Shown here in pieces: positions 37,006-51,430 of a stretch of 64,000 nucleotides of DNA; positions within the stretch are counted from its first letter, which is position 1, and the number at the start of each line of letters is the position of its first letter. Position numbers and translations under genes: made by a program. A model generated the notes under the pieces. That model ran no database searches. It had not been told where the DNA came from and was given only the letters and a program-made list of their open reading frames with translations. This DNA is from Octopus vulgaris (Eukaryota), in assembly GCA_951406725.2 (NCBI GenBank), contig OX597825.1, positions 25,172,001-25,236,000 on the forward strand, written 5' to 3'.

Positions 37006-37139
37006 CTGGCACTTATATGTATTATTCAATTTATAGTTATTGTATCGACCATGTGATGTACTAAAAAGCCATTCTCGTCACCTTGCATCGCACGGTCTCT
37101 TACAGAATTATCGTCAGCTCAAACGACGATGGTATCTAC

Positions 37140-40100
37140 CATGAATCATCCTGTATTACCAATTTTCACAGGAGACATTGCTGTCTGGTTTGTCCAGTTG
37201 AAAGCGTTTTTTCTCTCTGCAAACAAACACAATTCAGACCAACAATAGCTCTACATTTTACTTAGCTATATACCATCATCATTAACTGGAGAATTGCGAG
37301 CTATTATTACAGCTCCACCAGCAGTTGCAACGTATTCATCAATCAAAATTGAAATTTTAAAAACGAACCTCGCTCTCTTCTGAAAAGAAGTTTTCAGAAA
37401 CTTCTCAACGACGAGCATTTAATAGACCAAACACCATCGCAGATGCTCAACAAAATGCGGCAGCTCACGAAGAACAACTCTGCTGAAAGTAAGTTGCTTA
37501 AACAACTCTTTTTCTCCAGATTACCACAGTATGTTCAAGGTATTCCCACTCATTTGATCGACGTTAGCACAGTCGACCAGCTTGCAGCGTCAGCAGATAA
37601 AATTTTGGAGTACACAAAATCATCTCCAGAACAGAACAACTCTCCTTTGCCAGTTGCTATAGTTTCCTCTGAATTTAAAGAATTCCGTGAATCTACGCAG
37701 AAGAATATAGACAAGCTATTCGCAGAAGTTCATCTCTTGCGTATCAACAGAAATTCTTCACTGCGTCGGTATCGTCATTCTAATTCCCGTTCTCCCAGCA
37801 GATCAAAACCTTTTTGTTGGCATCATTATAAGTTTGGTTCTTCAGCTAAGAAATGTATTTCACTTTATACATTTAAAACTCAGGAAAACTTAAAAAGCCG
37901 AACTCCGAGCATGACCGCAGTTCCTGGCACGTTTTCCCCTTGTTACACATTTTCATACTAGATTTCGAGTCTAAGAAGGAATTTCTAGTCTATTCTGGAG
38001 TGTCCTGCAGTATATGGCCGTCTAGATTTGTTAAAGAAAAACTTTTCACTTCTGGCATATCTCTCCAAGCAGTCAACAGCTCTCCTAGTAAAACTTTCGG
38101 TGAGATTTCACTCACGCTGGACCTGAATCTCAGACGAAGTTTCCAGTGGGTTTTCATCATTGCCGTCCTTCCTCACCCAATTTTAGGAGCTGATTTTCTC
38201 CACCATTTTTCACTATTAGTGGATGTCAAAAGAAAGAGACTTATTGATGGGAGTATACAGTTATGCGCTTAAGGAAGACATTTCAAATCCACTTCTGTCA
38301 GCCCACTATTTTTTTTTCCGCGGCTGAACCAGACACATATCAAGCCGTGTTTCAATTCTATCCTGAGTGAACAGATTTGACTTTCGATATTAATGCATCA
38401 ACTCGTACAACTACTCATCATATAACCACCAACGGATCTCCCGTTTTCTCGCGTCCTAGACGTTTACCACCTGAAAAACTCAAAGCTGCTAAAGCAGAAT
38501 TCAGCCACATGCTCCAGCTTGGAACAATTAGTCCTTCAAAGAGTAGATGGTCATCACCACTCCATTTAGTGAAAAAGAAATCTGATGATTTTAGACCTAC
38601 TGGTGACTATAGACGACTCAACGCTATTACCATTCCAGATAGGTATCCTATACCACTTAATCAAGATTTCGCATCTTCTCTGCATGGTTGCACTATTTTC
38701 TCAAAAATAGATTTCATACGAGCATACCTATTTCTTTACTACCCACAAGGGGCTAAACACGGAGGAGACAAACAAGGACAGACAGTCGGATTAAGTCGAT
38801 TATGTCACCCCAGTGCGTAACTGGTACTTAATTTATCGACCCCGAAAGAATGAAAGGCAAAGTCGATCTCGGCGGAATTTGAACTCAGAACGTAACAGCA
38901 GACGAAATACGGCTACGCATTTCGCCCGGCGTGCTAACGTTTCTGCCAGCTCGCCGCCTTAGATTTGATACGAGCATACGATCAGATTCCTGTAAACCCA
39001 AATGATATTCCGAAAACGGCTATCGCAACTCTATTCGGGTCATTTGAATTTCTTACCATGCCCTTTGGGTTAAAAAACGCCACCAGTACTTTTCAACGTT
39101 TCTTTGACGAAGTAATACGTGGATTAGATTCTGTCTATGCCTATAATGACGACCTTCTCATCGTCAGTTCTTCTGAGAAAGAGCATGAGATTCATTTGAA
39201 GCAACTATTCGAAAGGCCTTCTCAATACAAAATTCCTATCAACTCTACCCAATGTATTTTCGGTGTGACTTTTCTCCCTTTCCTTGGACACACCATTAAC
39301 AAGGATGGGATTATGCCTTTGCAAGAAAAGGTTGAGCCTATCGTAAAAATTTTAGTTCCTGCGTCATTAAGACAGCTCAGTCAATTTCTTGGATTAGTTA
39401 ATTTCTATGGACGTTTTATACCTCGTTGTGCTGGAACTTTATACTCTCTCAGCAAATTGCTGCAACACTGCAAGAAGGGAACAGAAAATATTACTTTAGC
39501 TCCAGCTGAAATACAATCTTTCGACGATGTTAAACAGAAACTCTCTCGTGTCTCCATGCTGGCTCATCCCATTTCTGATGCCGAAATTTCTCTTGTAGTT
39601 GATGCGTCCGAAATTGGTGTCGACGCAGTCATTCAATAATTCCACTATGGTGAACTGCAACCTCTTGCGATTTTCTCTAACCAGTTAAAACCAGCTGAAA
39701 CTAAATATAGCGAATTCAGTCGTGAACTATTAACTATTTACCTTTCAGTTAAACATTTCCAACACATTTTGGAAAGGAGAAATTTCACAATGTTTATAGA
39801 TCATAAGTTGTTATCTTTTGCTTTACACTGCAAGCCAGATAAATTTTCTCTGAGAGACATTCGACATTTGGAGTACATTTAACAGTTCACGAGTGATATA
39901 CGATACATTTTAGGTTCTGAGAACATTGTTGCAGATTTTTTATCCAGTTTATCTGTTAACGCGTTATTTTCAACTGCAGAAATTAACTTGGACGAAATGT
40001 CTGAAGATCAACCATCCGTTGATTTAAATAATATATACAACAACCAGAACTTATTCCTTTTGACCTCCAATTTTTCCCAGTTGCAACATCAAACATCGTT

Positions 40101-40514
40101 TGCGATTTTCCTTCTGGTAAACCTCTCCCTTTAGTTCCTGAAAAGCATCTTCGTATCGTTTTCTCAGCACTACACAATATTTCACATCTAGGTATAACAG
40201 CAACATTGAAGCTTATTTCAGCTCATTTCGTTTGGCCGAACATGCGTCGATACATAGCTAATTGGACTCGTACCTGTGTCGATTGTCAAAGATCCAAGGT
40301 ACATAAACATACCCATGCACCGTTGGGTACTTTCTCCACTTCAGATGCACGATTCCAGCACATGCATGTTGATATAGTAGGACCTTATCCTGCGAGTCAG
40401 GGCTACACGTTTTTATTAACCTGTATCGACCATTTTTCCCGCTGGCCAGAAGCCATTTCACTCACAGATATCTTTTTTCTAACTGTGTCACAAACTTTAG
40501 TCACAGGATGGATC
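37140..40514 (+). mobile_element. Degenerate Ty3/Gypsy gag-pol (gag, PR, RT, RNase H, truncated IN)
   Basis: gag LPIF...VWFVQL, LFFSRLP, CWHHYKFG..AKKC; PR FLVYSGV...ILGADFL; RT DYRRLNAIT.PDRYPIP, MPFGLKNA, YNDDLL; RH VDAS; IN HHCC zinc finger and HVDIVGP; many stops and frameshifts. Confidence 0.95.
38728..38959 (-). mobile_element. SINE family E inserted into the Gypsy RT with a 20-bp TSD
   Basis: TAGATTTCATACGAGCATAC (38708-38727) and TAGATTTGATACGAGCATAC (38960-38979). Confidence 0.92.
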
Positions 40515-41201
40515 TGTAGTGGGAAAGATGTAGCAAAAGATGTTGAGATAGGAGATAAGATAGGCATGTGGACGACTTCAAAGCAAAACAATAGGAAATC
40601 AGCGGATTGTGCTTTAAATAATTTATTTAATCGACACTTGCATTTACTTGTTGTATACACCAAAACATTCTCTATATAACATTACCAACTTGTTTCGTAT
40701 TGGTGAAGAAGAAAATAAACAGGGAAAATATTGTGTCGATGTGATGAGGTAGAACCGGGCATGTTTTGTGTGTGTGTGTGTGTTGGTCATTCAGTGGTGT
40801 CTGTTTATGTTCTGCCACTGCTCCTGTGTTGGGTCATTCATGCTGAATATGTGGTTCTATGTTAGCTGCTTGACTAGCGCAAGTTACTTGCTGGCTGTCT
40901 GCTTGGTGATGGCTATCTGCCTCTGTCGTACGTCTGACTGTATTTATAATAGTCATGACAGCTAGAAGGACAGATATATACCACAAGAGTAATTTCTACT
41001 TATATAGGTCGCATCCTGTCCACTTGAACCTTAAATGACACGACTCATGTTGTAGGTCAAAGGGAAATCCATCCATCACTTTTTGACAGGACAAAGAAAT
41101 TTATTTCGCGCCCGTTTGACCAGTGGTGGATCAGACGAGCGAGAATCCTCAGATTCGGTTTCGAATCTAAGCTCGGAAAAAAGGAAGTGTTAGTTTTTAC
41201 A
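40515..41201 (-). mobile_element. Antisense 3' LTR of a second LTR retrotransposon
   Basis: Minus strand: PPT GAAGTGGGGTAG (41202-41213) then TGTAAA...CACTACA (TG...CA); TATAAATA near 40945 and AATAAA near 40625; truncates the Gypsy integrase exactly at 40515. Confidence 0.65.
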
Positions 41202-41414
41202 CTACCCCACTTCAAGTAAGAGCGCCACAGAGATCAAACGATACAGATCCGTGTGATATTGAAAATGTGTGATTTTGTGTGTAATGCAGAAAAATGGATA
41301 CAGTGTGATTTACAGACAAATGAATATATGCCAAAAACATGGGAAGTGAAAGAAATGAAAACAAAAATAATGTAAAGCAAAATATCAACGTTCAGAGTTG
41401 GTGTGTGCAATATA

Positions 41415-41578
41415 TAGGCGCAGGAGTGGCTGTGTGGTAAGTAGCTTGCTAACCAACCACATGGTTCCGGGTTCAGTCCCACTGCGTGGCATCTTGGGCA
41501 AGTGTCTTCTGCTATAGCCCCGGGCCGACCAATGCCTTGTGAGTGGATTTGGTAGACGGAAACTGAAAGAAGCCTGTC

Positions 41579-41638
<60 letters not shown>

Positions 41639-41868
41639 GTGTGTATGTGTCTGTGTTTGTCCCCCTAGCATTGCTTGACAACCGATGCTGGTGTGTTTAC
41701 GTCCCCGTAACTTAGCGGTTCGGCAAAAGGAGACCGATAGAATAAGTACTGGGCTTACAAAGAATAAGTCCCGGGGTCGATTTGCTCGACTAAAGGCGGT
41801 GCTCCAGCATGGCCGCAGTCAAATGACTGAAACAAGTAAAAGAGAAAAGATAAAGAGAAAGAGAAAGA
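41415..41868 (+). mobile_element. SINE family A, young subfamily
   Basis: Full length; near-identical to 44691-45120. Confidence 0.92.
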
Positions 41869-42100
41869 GATATGTTAGGCAATGTGTATATGCCTAGGCA
41901 GAAGCATAAATGTAATTATACTGGCGCGTTGAAAGAGATATGCAGCTCTATTGATTACGCGACCCGCTAGCGGTTTAATAGACGTAATTTATCTTTCAGG
42001 CGCAGAGAGCAAGTGATAGCACACGTTAAAATATGAGTGGTGCAAGTGCGTGTAAGCATACAGGTGTGATGTAGAGAGCATTTTTAAAACAAAGCAAAAC

Positions 42101-42520
42101 ATAGGCGCAGGAGTGGCTGTGTGGTAAGTAGCTTGTTTACCAGCCACATGGTTCCGGGTTCAGTCCCACTGCGTGGCACCTTGGGCAAGTGTCTTCTACT
42201 ATAGCCTCGGGCCGACCAAAGCCTTGTGAGTGGATTTGGTAGATGGAAACTGAAAGAAGCCTGTCGTATATATGTATATATATGTATATGTGTGTGTATG
42301 AGTTTGTATGTCTGTGTTTGTCCCCCCAACATCACTTGACAGCCGATGCTGGTGTGTTTATGTCCCCGTTACTTAGCGGTTTGGCAAAAAGAGACCGATA
42401 GAATAAGTACTGGGCTTACAAAGAATAAGTCTCGGGGTCGATTTGCTCGACTAAAGGCGGTGCTCCAGCATGGCCGCAGTCAAAATGACTGAAACAAGTA
42501 AAAGAGTAAAAAAAAGAGTA
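42101..42520 (+). mobile_element. SINE family A
   Basis: Full length. Confidence 0.92.
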
Positions 42521-42679
42521 TATGAACATGCAAGGAAATGTCATTTTACAGAAAAATGAAAATGTTCATGGAAAAAGTTCGTTTGGTGAAATGTTCAGTC
42601 AGTTCAGTTAGTAGAACAATGTTCATAAAAAATGTTTTTCGTTGATATAGAAAAATGGGGTTTTTTTTTTAATACAAAA

Positions 42680-43178
42680 CTAGCAGTATCGCCCGGCGTT
42701 GCTCGAGTTTGTAAGGGAAATAACTATATAAGCATTTTTAGAGAGTTATAGCCAAAAACTAGCAAAAAAATGCATTAAAAATGGAAAAAAAATTATGGTA
42801 AATTTTTTTTTAAATCGTTGACTCATCGTAGACATTTTCAGAGAGTTACTTCCTTTATATAATAGCGAAAAAATGCATTAAAATAGGAAAAAATGATGGT
42901 AAATTTTTTTTTAAATCGTAGACTCATCGTAAACATTTTCAGAGAGTTACTTCCTTTATATAATAGCGAAAAAATGCATTAAAATAGGAAAAAATGATGG
43001 TAAATTTTTTTTTAAATCGTAGACTCATCGTAGACGCGCGCTAATACCCAGAAGGGCTCGATATGAATCACGACTATAAGATACCCGGTTTTGGTTACAC
43101 TACACCGCAAAATGTGGGAGTAGTTAGGAATCTAAATCGTAGGAGACAGACACACAACTTGACTTTTATATATAAAGG
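42680..43178 (-). mobile_element. Non-autonomous Helitron with three ~98-bp internal tandem repeats
   Basis: 3' CTAG preceded by hairpin CTCGAGCAACGCCGGG; repeats GAGAGTTA...ATGCATTAAAA...AAATCGT.GACTCATCGTA at 42735-43035. Confidence 0.78.
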
Positions 43179-43587
43179 TGTTCTTTGTTTTCTTTTGGTT
43201 TGTATGCGGGTGAGTCACTTGACTTTTGTACGTGTAAATTGTTCATAACTATAAGGAAAAAAAAACAACCACTATTCCTCATGATGGGGTGAGAGTAGGC
43301 ATAGAGATTGTGGGGGCAATGGTAAAGACAGAAAGAAAAAGAGAGGGAGGGTAAGAGAGACAAAGAAATTTAGAGAGAGTTGATGATATTTTAATAAAAG
43401 TAGTAGTGTTGATGGTGGCAGTGGGAGTAATAATAAGAGAGAGAGAGAGAAGGAGTGGGTATGTGAGAGTAAGAGGGAGATGATGTACAATTCTTTTAAG
43501 CATGTCTCTTTGACAGAAATTCCTGTTGCTAACATACTGAACACTATCTTTTTTGTTTATCTTTCGCTTTCTTTCATACATATATAA

Positions 43588-43968
43588 AGGTGTAGGTGTG
43601 GCCGTGATGTAAGAAGCTTGCTTCTTATCTACATGGTTCTGGGTTCAGTCCCACTGCGTAGCACCTTGGGCAAGTGTCTTGCACTGTGGCCTCGGGCCGA
43701 CCAAAGCCTTGTGAGTGGATTTGGTAGACGGAAACTAAAAGAAGCTCGTCGTATATATATATGTATGTATATGTATGTATGTGTTTGTTATTTGTGTCTG
43801 TGTTTGTCACCCCACTATCGCTTGACAACCGATGCTGGTGTGTTTACGTCCCCATAATTTAGTGGTTCAGCGATAGAATAAGTACTAGGCTTACAAAGAA
43901 TGAGTCCCGGGGTCGATTAGTCCAGCATGGCTGCAGTCAAATGACAGAAGCAAGTAAAAGAAAAAAAG

Positions 43969-43970
<2 letters not shown>
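43588..43970 (+). mobile_element. SINE family A, diverged
   Basis: Head, body and tail recognisable. Confidence 0.85.
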
Positions 43971-44019
<49 letters not shown>

Positions 44020-44561
44020 AGACTGTAACCGAAATAAAGTTTACCCAAAATTAAACATATCTAATATAATAAATGCAAATGTCAGTGTATCACATTTTGG
44101 CAACTTTAATAAATCTTTTCCACTGGAAGCGGAGGGCTTCAAATTTTGGGGGAAGAGATTAAGGTGATTACATCAACCCTAGTACGTAATTGGTACTAAT
44201 TTTATCGACCCCTAAAGGATGAAAGGCTAAGTTGACCTCGGCGGAATTCAAACTCAAAACCTAACGAAATACCACTAAGCATTTTGCCTTAGCATAATAT
44301 AATATAATATAATATAATATAATATAATATAATATAATATAATAATATAATAAATGTGTGTCAGTGTGTCACACTTTTTCAGCATTACTCCTACAGGCCG
44401 TAACCCAACATATCATACCATTTTGGAATCAGGCTGACTCTGTGAGTAAATTAAAAACATTCCGGGCTGAATCCGGACCCACAATACTGAAATTTTGGAT
44501 TCCTATGTTTTCATTACTGCAATTGTTTTCGGTGATTTTTTTTTACATGATTTTTTTTTTT

Positions 44562-44650
44562 GCGACGAATATGATCACCATTGGGATATGACCCTGGAGG
44601 AAGCCATTGCAACAAAATCTCCAAAACAAATCAGAGATCTGTTTGAAGAT
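44562..44650 (+). mobile_element. Helitron Rep/helicase coding remnant
   Basis: DEYDHHWDMTLEEAIATKSPKQIRDLF resembles the DxHWxxTLxEA...SPxQLRxLF motif between the Rep and Pif1 helicase domains. Confidence 0.55.
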
Positions 44651-44690
44651 CTTCCCATTCGGGGTCAGTTGCTTAAGAGCTAGTACACAC

Positions 44691-45120
44691 ATAGGCGCAG
44701 GAGTGGCTGTTTGGTAAGTAGCTTGCTAACCAACCACATGGTTCCGGGTTCAGTCCCACTGCGTGGCATCTTGGGCACGTGTCTTCTGCTATAGCCCCGG
44801 GCCGACCAATGCCTTGTGAGTGGATTTGGTAGACGGAAACTGAAAGAAGCCTGTCGTATATATGTATATATATATAAGTGTGTGTGAATATGTTTGTGTG
44901 TCTGTGTTTGTTCCCCTAGCATTGCTTGACAACCGATGCTGGTGTGTTTACGTCCCCGTAACTTAGCGGTTCGGCAAAAGGAGACCGATAGAATAAGTAC
45001 TGGGCTTACAAAGAATAAGTCCCGGGGTCGATTTGCTCGACTAAAGGCGGTGCTCCAGCATGGCCGCGGTCAAATGACTGAAACAAGTAAAAAGAGTAAA
45101 AAGAGTAAAGAAAAAAGAGT
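44691..45120 (+). mobile_element. SINE family A, young subfamily (followed by an inverted partial copy, 45140-45290)
   Basis: Full length. Confidence 0.92.
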
Positions 45121-45704
45121 ACACACACATATAGATATGTGTGATAAGCTTCTTTCAGTTTCTGTTTACCAAATTCACTCACAAAGCTTTGGTTGACTGG
45201 GAGTTATTAATAGAAGACACTTGCTCAAGGTACCACACAATGGGACTGAACCCAGAACCATGTGATTGCAAGGCAAACTGCTTTCCACCCACCCACTTGA
45301 ATTTGCTAAATATATATATTTTTTCCTGTTACTGTAGTTAGTAAAAAAATATTTAGTAGCATTTCTAAACGTGCCAATTCTGGTTAAAGCATGTTTCATG
45401 TACTGACGAAACATGTTGTCCTGAAACAAGATATCCTGTTTCTTCTGTGAGACCATTAACATTTAAGTCGGTGGGATTTTTATGTGACAACACTTTTGTA
45501 CAACTAGTTATAATCATGAGACACTCTTACAAGGAATCTAAATTTTTAGCCAACCACTTAACAAGCATTAAAACATAGTAAATCTTTCAATCAAACGATA
45601 AAATAGATATTCTAAAGTAGGTCTCTTCTGACAAGTTATCCATATTGATCATTTCCACCAAATTGGTATCACATATTACAGCATTATTTTTTAAAATTAA
45701 TAAT

Positions 45705-46012
45705 TGTTGTTGTTTGTTCCTTCTCAAGCCATGCCTGGCTCATAAAGGCCGGTTTCCCGGTTTCCTTGGCGTATAGGTTCCCCACCTGGTCGGGGACACT
45801 GGTCGGTCGCAGGTGAGCTGCAAGATGCAGGAGGAAAGAGTGAGAGAAAGTTGTGGCAAAAGAGTCAGCAGAAGTTCGCCATTACTTTCTGCCGGAGCCG
45901 CGTGGAGCTTAGGTGTTTCGCTCATAAACACACACATCGCCCGGTGTGAGATTCGAACCCGCGATCCCTCAACCGTGAGTCCGCTGCTCTAACCACTAGG
46001 CCATGTGCCTCC
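45705..46012 (-). mobile_element. SINE family D
   Basis: tRNA-like head on the minus strand, (CAA)n tail; matches 8836-9140. Confidence 0.88.
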
Positions 46013-46316
46013 ATTATTGCAGCATTGTACAATCTTCATTCATTTCTTGTTTTCGCACAAAACAAAATAGTTTGATTTCTGTCCCAAGATGTCATGACAT
46101 TTCCTTGGTTTCATCCCAAATCATTGTTTCTTAGTATTTTGTCCATTTCACTCTCATGGATCTCCTTCTTTTACCAATTCTTCAACTGATCGGCTTTATA
46201 ATTTCAATAACAAAAAAAAAAAAGGTATTTGCTAGTTCAGCTGCAAAGGTTACTGAAAGGTGAAAAGTAACCAACCCAACTGTTTTAAGAACTTCATAGG
46301 TTTCTGTCTAAACTAT

Positions 46317-46702
46317 GGAATGGAAGCACTCCGTCGGTTACGACGACGAGGGTTCCGGTTGATCCGATCAACGGAACAGCCTGCTCGTGAAATTAACGTG
46401 TAAGTGGCTGAGTACTCCACAGACACGTGTACCCTTAACGTAGTTCTCGGGGATATTCAGCGTGACACAGAGAATGACAAGGCCGGCCCTTTGAAATACA
46501 GGTACAACAGAAACAGGAAGTAAGAGTGAGAGAAAGTTGTGGTGAAAGAGTACAGCCGGGATCACCACCATCCCTGCCGGAGCCTCGTGGAGCTTTAGGT
46601 GTTTTCGCTCAATAAACACTCACAACGCCTGGTCTGGGAATCGAAACAGCGATCCTACGACCGCGAGTCCGCTGCCCTAACCACTGGGCCATTGCGCCTC
46701 CA
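46317..46702 (-). mobile_element. SINE family C with 13-bp TSD
   Basis: CTGTCTAAACTAT at 46304-46316 and 46703-46715. Confidence 0.93.
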
Positions 46703-47369
46703 CTGTCTAAACTATACTTTAGGTTTAAAAATGTAGCAAGTGTATGTTCGTAGATCGCCCATCTAGGCTTAAATAGTCAGAAAATGGCTCATATACTGAT
46801 GTGTTTCAGTCTCCATTTGCGTATGTGTGCTTGTCTGTTCTTGTAACCTATTTACCTATCCGTCTGTATGTTGATCTGTTTATTTTCATATCTATATGCT
46901 TACATACAAAAAAAGTGCATACACACACACATACATACATTTATCTACCTAACAGTCCACTAACTATTCTACTCTACCTGTGTAAACTGTGGGAATGGAG
47001 GTATGGTATCTACTATGTATATTTCTTATTTAGTATTGGGGAGGTTTCATTTATAAGGACGTACTCCCGTATTTGTCTGAGTGTTGGGTCTTTTGGGTGC
47101 TTGGATAAGATGCAGATGTCAAGTTGACCCAAGTTACCTCCATGGTGATCTTTGGCATGCTGGTAGAGTATGGAAGACTGTTTTCCGTCATCATATTGTC
47201 TTAGATGTTCATTTATTCATTCCGCAATGCTCCTAGATGTCTCCCCTATGTACGTCATGTTCACTGGTTTTCTATGATTGGTCACATAACCTGGTCATGT
47301 GATGGTGTAATACATTGACCGAGTCCATCGTTGAGATTGGATATGTTAGTTGTCCAATCGAATCACATG

Positions 47370-47755
47370 GTAGGAGCACTCCGTCGGTTGCGACGATGAG
47401 TGTCCCAGCTGATACGATCAACGGAACAGCTTCCTCGTGATATTAACGTGCAAATGGCTGAGCACTCCACAGACACGTGTACCCTTAACGTAGTTCTCGA
47501 GGAGATTCAGCGTGACACAGAGTGTGACAAGGCTGGCCCTTTGAAATACAGGTACAAGAGAAACAGGAACAAAGAGCGAGAGAAAGTTGTGGTGAAAGAG
47601 TACAGCAGGAATCACCACCATCCCCTGCCGGAGCCTCGTGGACCTTTTAGGTGTTTTCGCTCAATAAACACTCACAATGCCCGGTCTGGGAATCGAAACC
47701 GCGATCCTCCGACCGCGAGTCCGCTGCCCTAACCACTGGGCCATTGCGCCTCCAC
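47370..47755 (-). mobile_element. SINE family C with 11-bp TSD
   Basis: CGAATCACATG at 47359-47369 and 47756-47766. Confidence 0.93.
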
Positions 47756-48484
47756 CGAATCACATGACAGACCACTCAAGCACAGCAAATAATCTTTGCT
47801 CCCTGGAGCCTTACGGCATCTATAAATAAAGGAATTTCTTCCAGCTTCGTTCAGAGAGGAGAATTGCTTTGCAGGTAGCTTTGACACACTACTTGTATTC
47901 TTGTTTGCCATGCATCTATAAGCAGGAAGAATGAGAGACTGCAAGAAGTAACGGCACATATTTCTGCTCCTGGCTGTCAAGCACACGTCACCAAGTTCTG
48001 ACTGATTTGAAAAGCAAATACGTATACTTTCTTCAGACAGTTATCATTGTGCTGTAACCAACAGTTGCTGTACAAATTCCTTTAGCAGTCGAATAAAATG
48101 TAACAGTTTATTGCAACTCATTTTCTCGTTTTCTTTCCACTGTTTTATACACAACTCATTGAAACCAAAAATCTGTAATTATGCCAGGGCCAGAGGCATA
48201 CTAACTCACCTCGCTAAAAGATAAACGTCTAGAAATACAGTAAGTAGGTATTAACTAAAACTAAAATCTCTTCTAGTTTTATCAAAACAGGCTTTACATT
48301 TTTTTTTTGTAATTGACACCCTTTCACCTATTTCAAGGATAAATAAAAGTTGAATGATAAAGCTAGATAAAGGCCTTTTAGCAAGGGTATTCATCAGGTG
48401 GTAGCATAACTGTGTAAGTAAGAAAGCTGATATTTTGTTTTGGAATGAGGGTCTTCCAAGTGACCGATGTAAGGTTGGAGTAGT

Positions 48485-49171
<687 letters not shown>

Positions 49172-49406
49172 TGTAGTTGTGTAGCTGTTTAGAAAATGGT
49201 AGGTAAATATCAGTGGGATTTCAACAACACACGAAACCGTGGGTGTATGTTTTGAGATAGTGTAAGAAGGACCTGCAGGAACGGCTAGTGTGGGATGCTT
49301 GGGAAACTATGCAAATACCTTGGCTGCTAAAATTTGGGGGGTGTTATGCAAACTCTTGATAACTTGGACAATATTTCTTAACCCAACAATATTTCTTAAC
49401 CTAACA

Positions 49407-49807
49407 TAGGCGCAAGAGTGGATGTGTGATAAGTAGCTTGCTTACCAATCACATGGTTCCGGGTTCAGTCCCACTGCGTGGCACCTTGGGCAAGTGTATT
49501 CTGCTATAGCCTTGGGCCAACCAAAGCCTTGTGAGTGGATTTGGTAGACGGAAACTGAAAGAAGCCTGTCGTATGTATATGTGTGTGTGTGTGTGTTTGT
49601 GTATCTGTGTTTGTCACCCTAGCACTGCTTGACAACCGATGCTGGTGTGTTTACGTCCCCGTCACTTAGCGGTTCGGCAAAAGAGACCGATATAATAAGT
49701 ACTGGGCTTACAAAGAATAAGTCCCGGGGTCGAGTTGCTCGACTAAAGGCGGTACTCCAGCATGGCCACAGTCAAATGACTGAAACAAGTAAAAGAGTAA
49801 AAGAGTA
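49407..49807 (+). mobile_element. SINE family A
   Basis: Full length. Confidence 0.9.
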
Positions 49808-51164
49808 ACTAAAAAAAACGAAGCTTAGTAATAAAGAAAGCAGGTGAAATCATTCTCAGAACAGAGGTAGAAAGAGGACGTGGGTGGTAAGTGAGGTAGA
49901 TAAGTGGAGTGTCGGGTGTATAGTGTATGACCTATCACATGATCTGGCGTTTGAATTTCAATTTTTGCCAATTTTTACTCATTGATATAGATAGACTTCT
50001 TGTTTGCAAGTTAACTGTAATTTTGATAGGGGGCACGTTTTTCAGCTGGTGTAGAAAAGGATTACAATTGGAAGGGTTTGTAGAAAAATAGAGAAGGGGC
50101 ACATATTGTAGGAGTGTGAGAATGGGGGTGCACATTAGAGGGCTGGCAGAAAGGGGCACATCTAAAGGCCAGGAGAAAGGGAGAAGGAGAGGACATTGCA
50201 AGGATGGGAGAACATTGCAGAGCTGGGAGAAAGGGAGAAGGGAAGAACACTGTAGAATGGGGCTCACTTTGTTGGGCTACGGATAAGTAAGTATGAAATG
50301 TAGGGCTTACCTCAGGTGCTGGATTCCCTGGTATCAGTCCTTCTTATTGATCTAGCTTAAAAAGAACACATGCGAGAACAGACTCACATATTATTCCAGT
50401 CATGTTCTGATACACAATGTATATTCGGTCAGCTGACAGGCTGTTTATTAGCATTTTGTGTTGTTAATTGAGATAACAAGTAGATTACAAGAAATGGAAC
50501 TATAAGTTTTTCTGATACCACTGTTTGATTATGTTAGAACAAAGTTGTTTTTTTTTTCTTCTTGAAGCCACCACCTATCTTCTATGTGAGGCTTATCTTA
50601 TGAGTAACGAAGTGGTTGAATGTAGTGGTCTGAATGTGTTACGATTTGGAGGAAGAGATGTGTTGGTTTGAGACATAAAAGATCTGCCTTTCTAAAAGAT
50701 GTTGACGATGTTCATAGCTACAGGATTGATGATTACGATGCTATTTCACTTTCCATTTTATTTTAGTCAGGAGAGAAGGTAGATCCTATGATCCACTATA
50801 GGGTTTCCAGAACAGGAGGGAGGGAAGAAAGTGTCCTCACACTAGAAACCTAGTCCAAATACTTTCTACAGAATGGTCTCTGCTAAAAGTATTGAAGATA
50901 CCAAATAGAGGTGCTAATCAAATCTCTACACTGGGGTCAGGAAGGAGGAAGATACCGTCAAACTGAAAACCTGTCGTATATGTTTGTGACAGAATATATT
51001 CAATTAAAGGCACTTAAGGTGACACATAGGGATGTTAAGCTGGGCAAGGACAGATTTTGAACTCAGAATGCAAAGAGCCAGAACAAATACCACAGGGCAG
51101 CTGGTGCAATGTCTCTAGTGAAGGCAACATTATGCTGCCCCACATCTTTGAACAATGCCTTAGG

Positions 51165-51430
51165 CTCAATACAGATGGCTGTTAGAAGCTGCTGGAGATA
51201 GGTCAAACCCCAGCTGGGGAGGGTTGCTGCTAGATGGCCATTTGTGTGGTAGCAGACTTTGGCTCCTTGCCATACCTCCAGGAAGAGTCAGAAGTGATTG
51301 TTGGAGAGTTTCTATGACATCACCAGCCCCAATATCTGGCCTCCTAATTCCCCTGATAACAATCTCATGGATTACTATGAGTGGGGTATGGTCGATAAAG
51401 ATACCAACCACTCTACCTGCAACAAAATAT
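51165..51430 (+). mobile_element. Tc1/maT-like transposase fragment
   Basis: ITSPNIWPPNSPDNNLMDYYEWGMV (WPPNSPDLNPLDY-type motif). Confidence 0.7.

Noticed and set aside
45330-48240. Coding-looking minus-strand sequence between the SINEs (45330-45690, 46020-46300, 47770-48240)
   Set aside because: Multiple stops in the frames I read and no motif I could assign; perhaps an old DNA transposon
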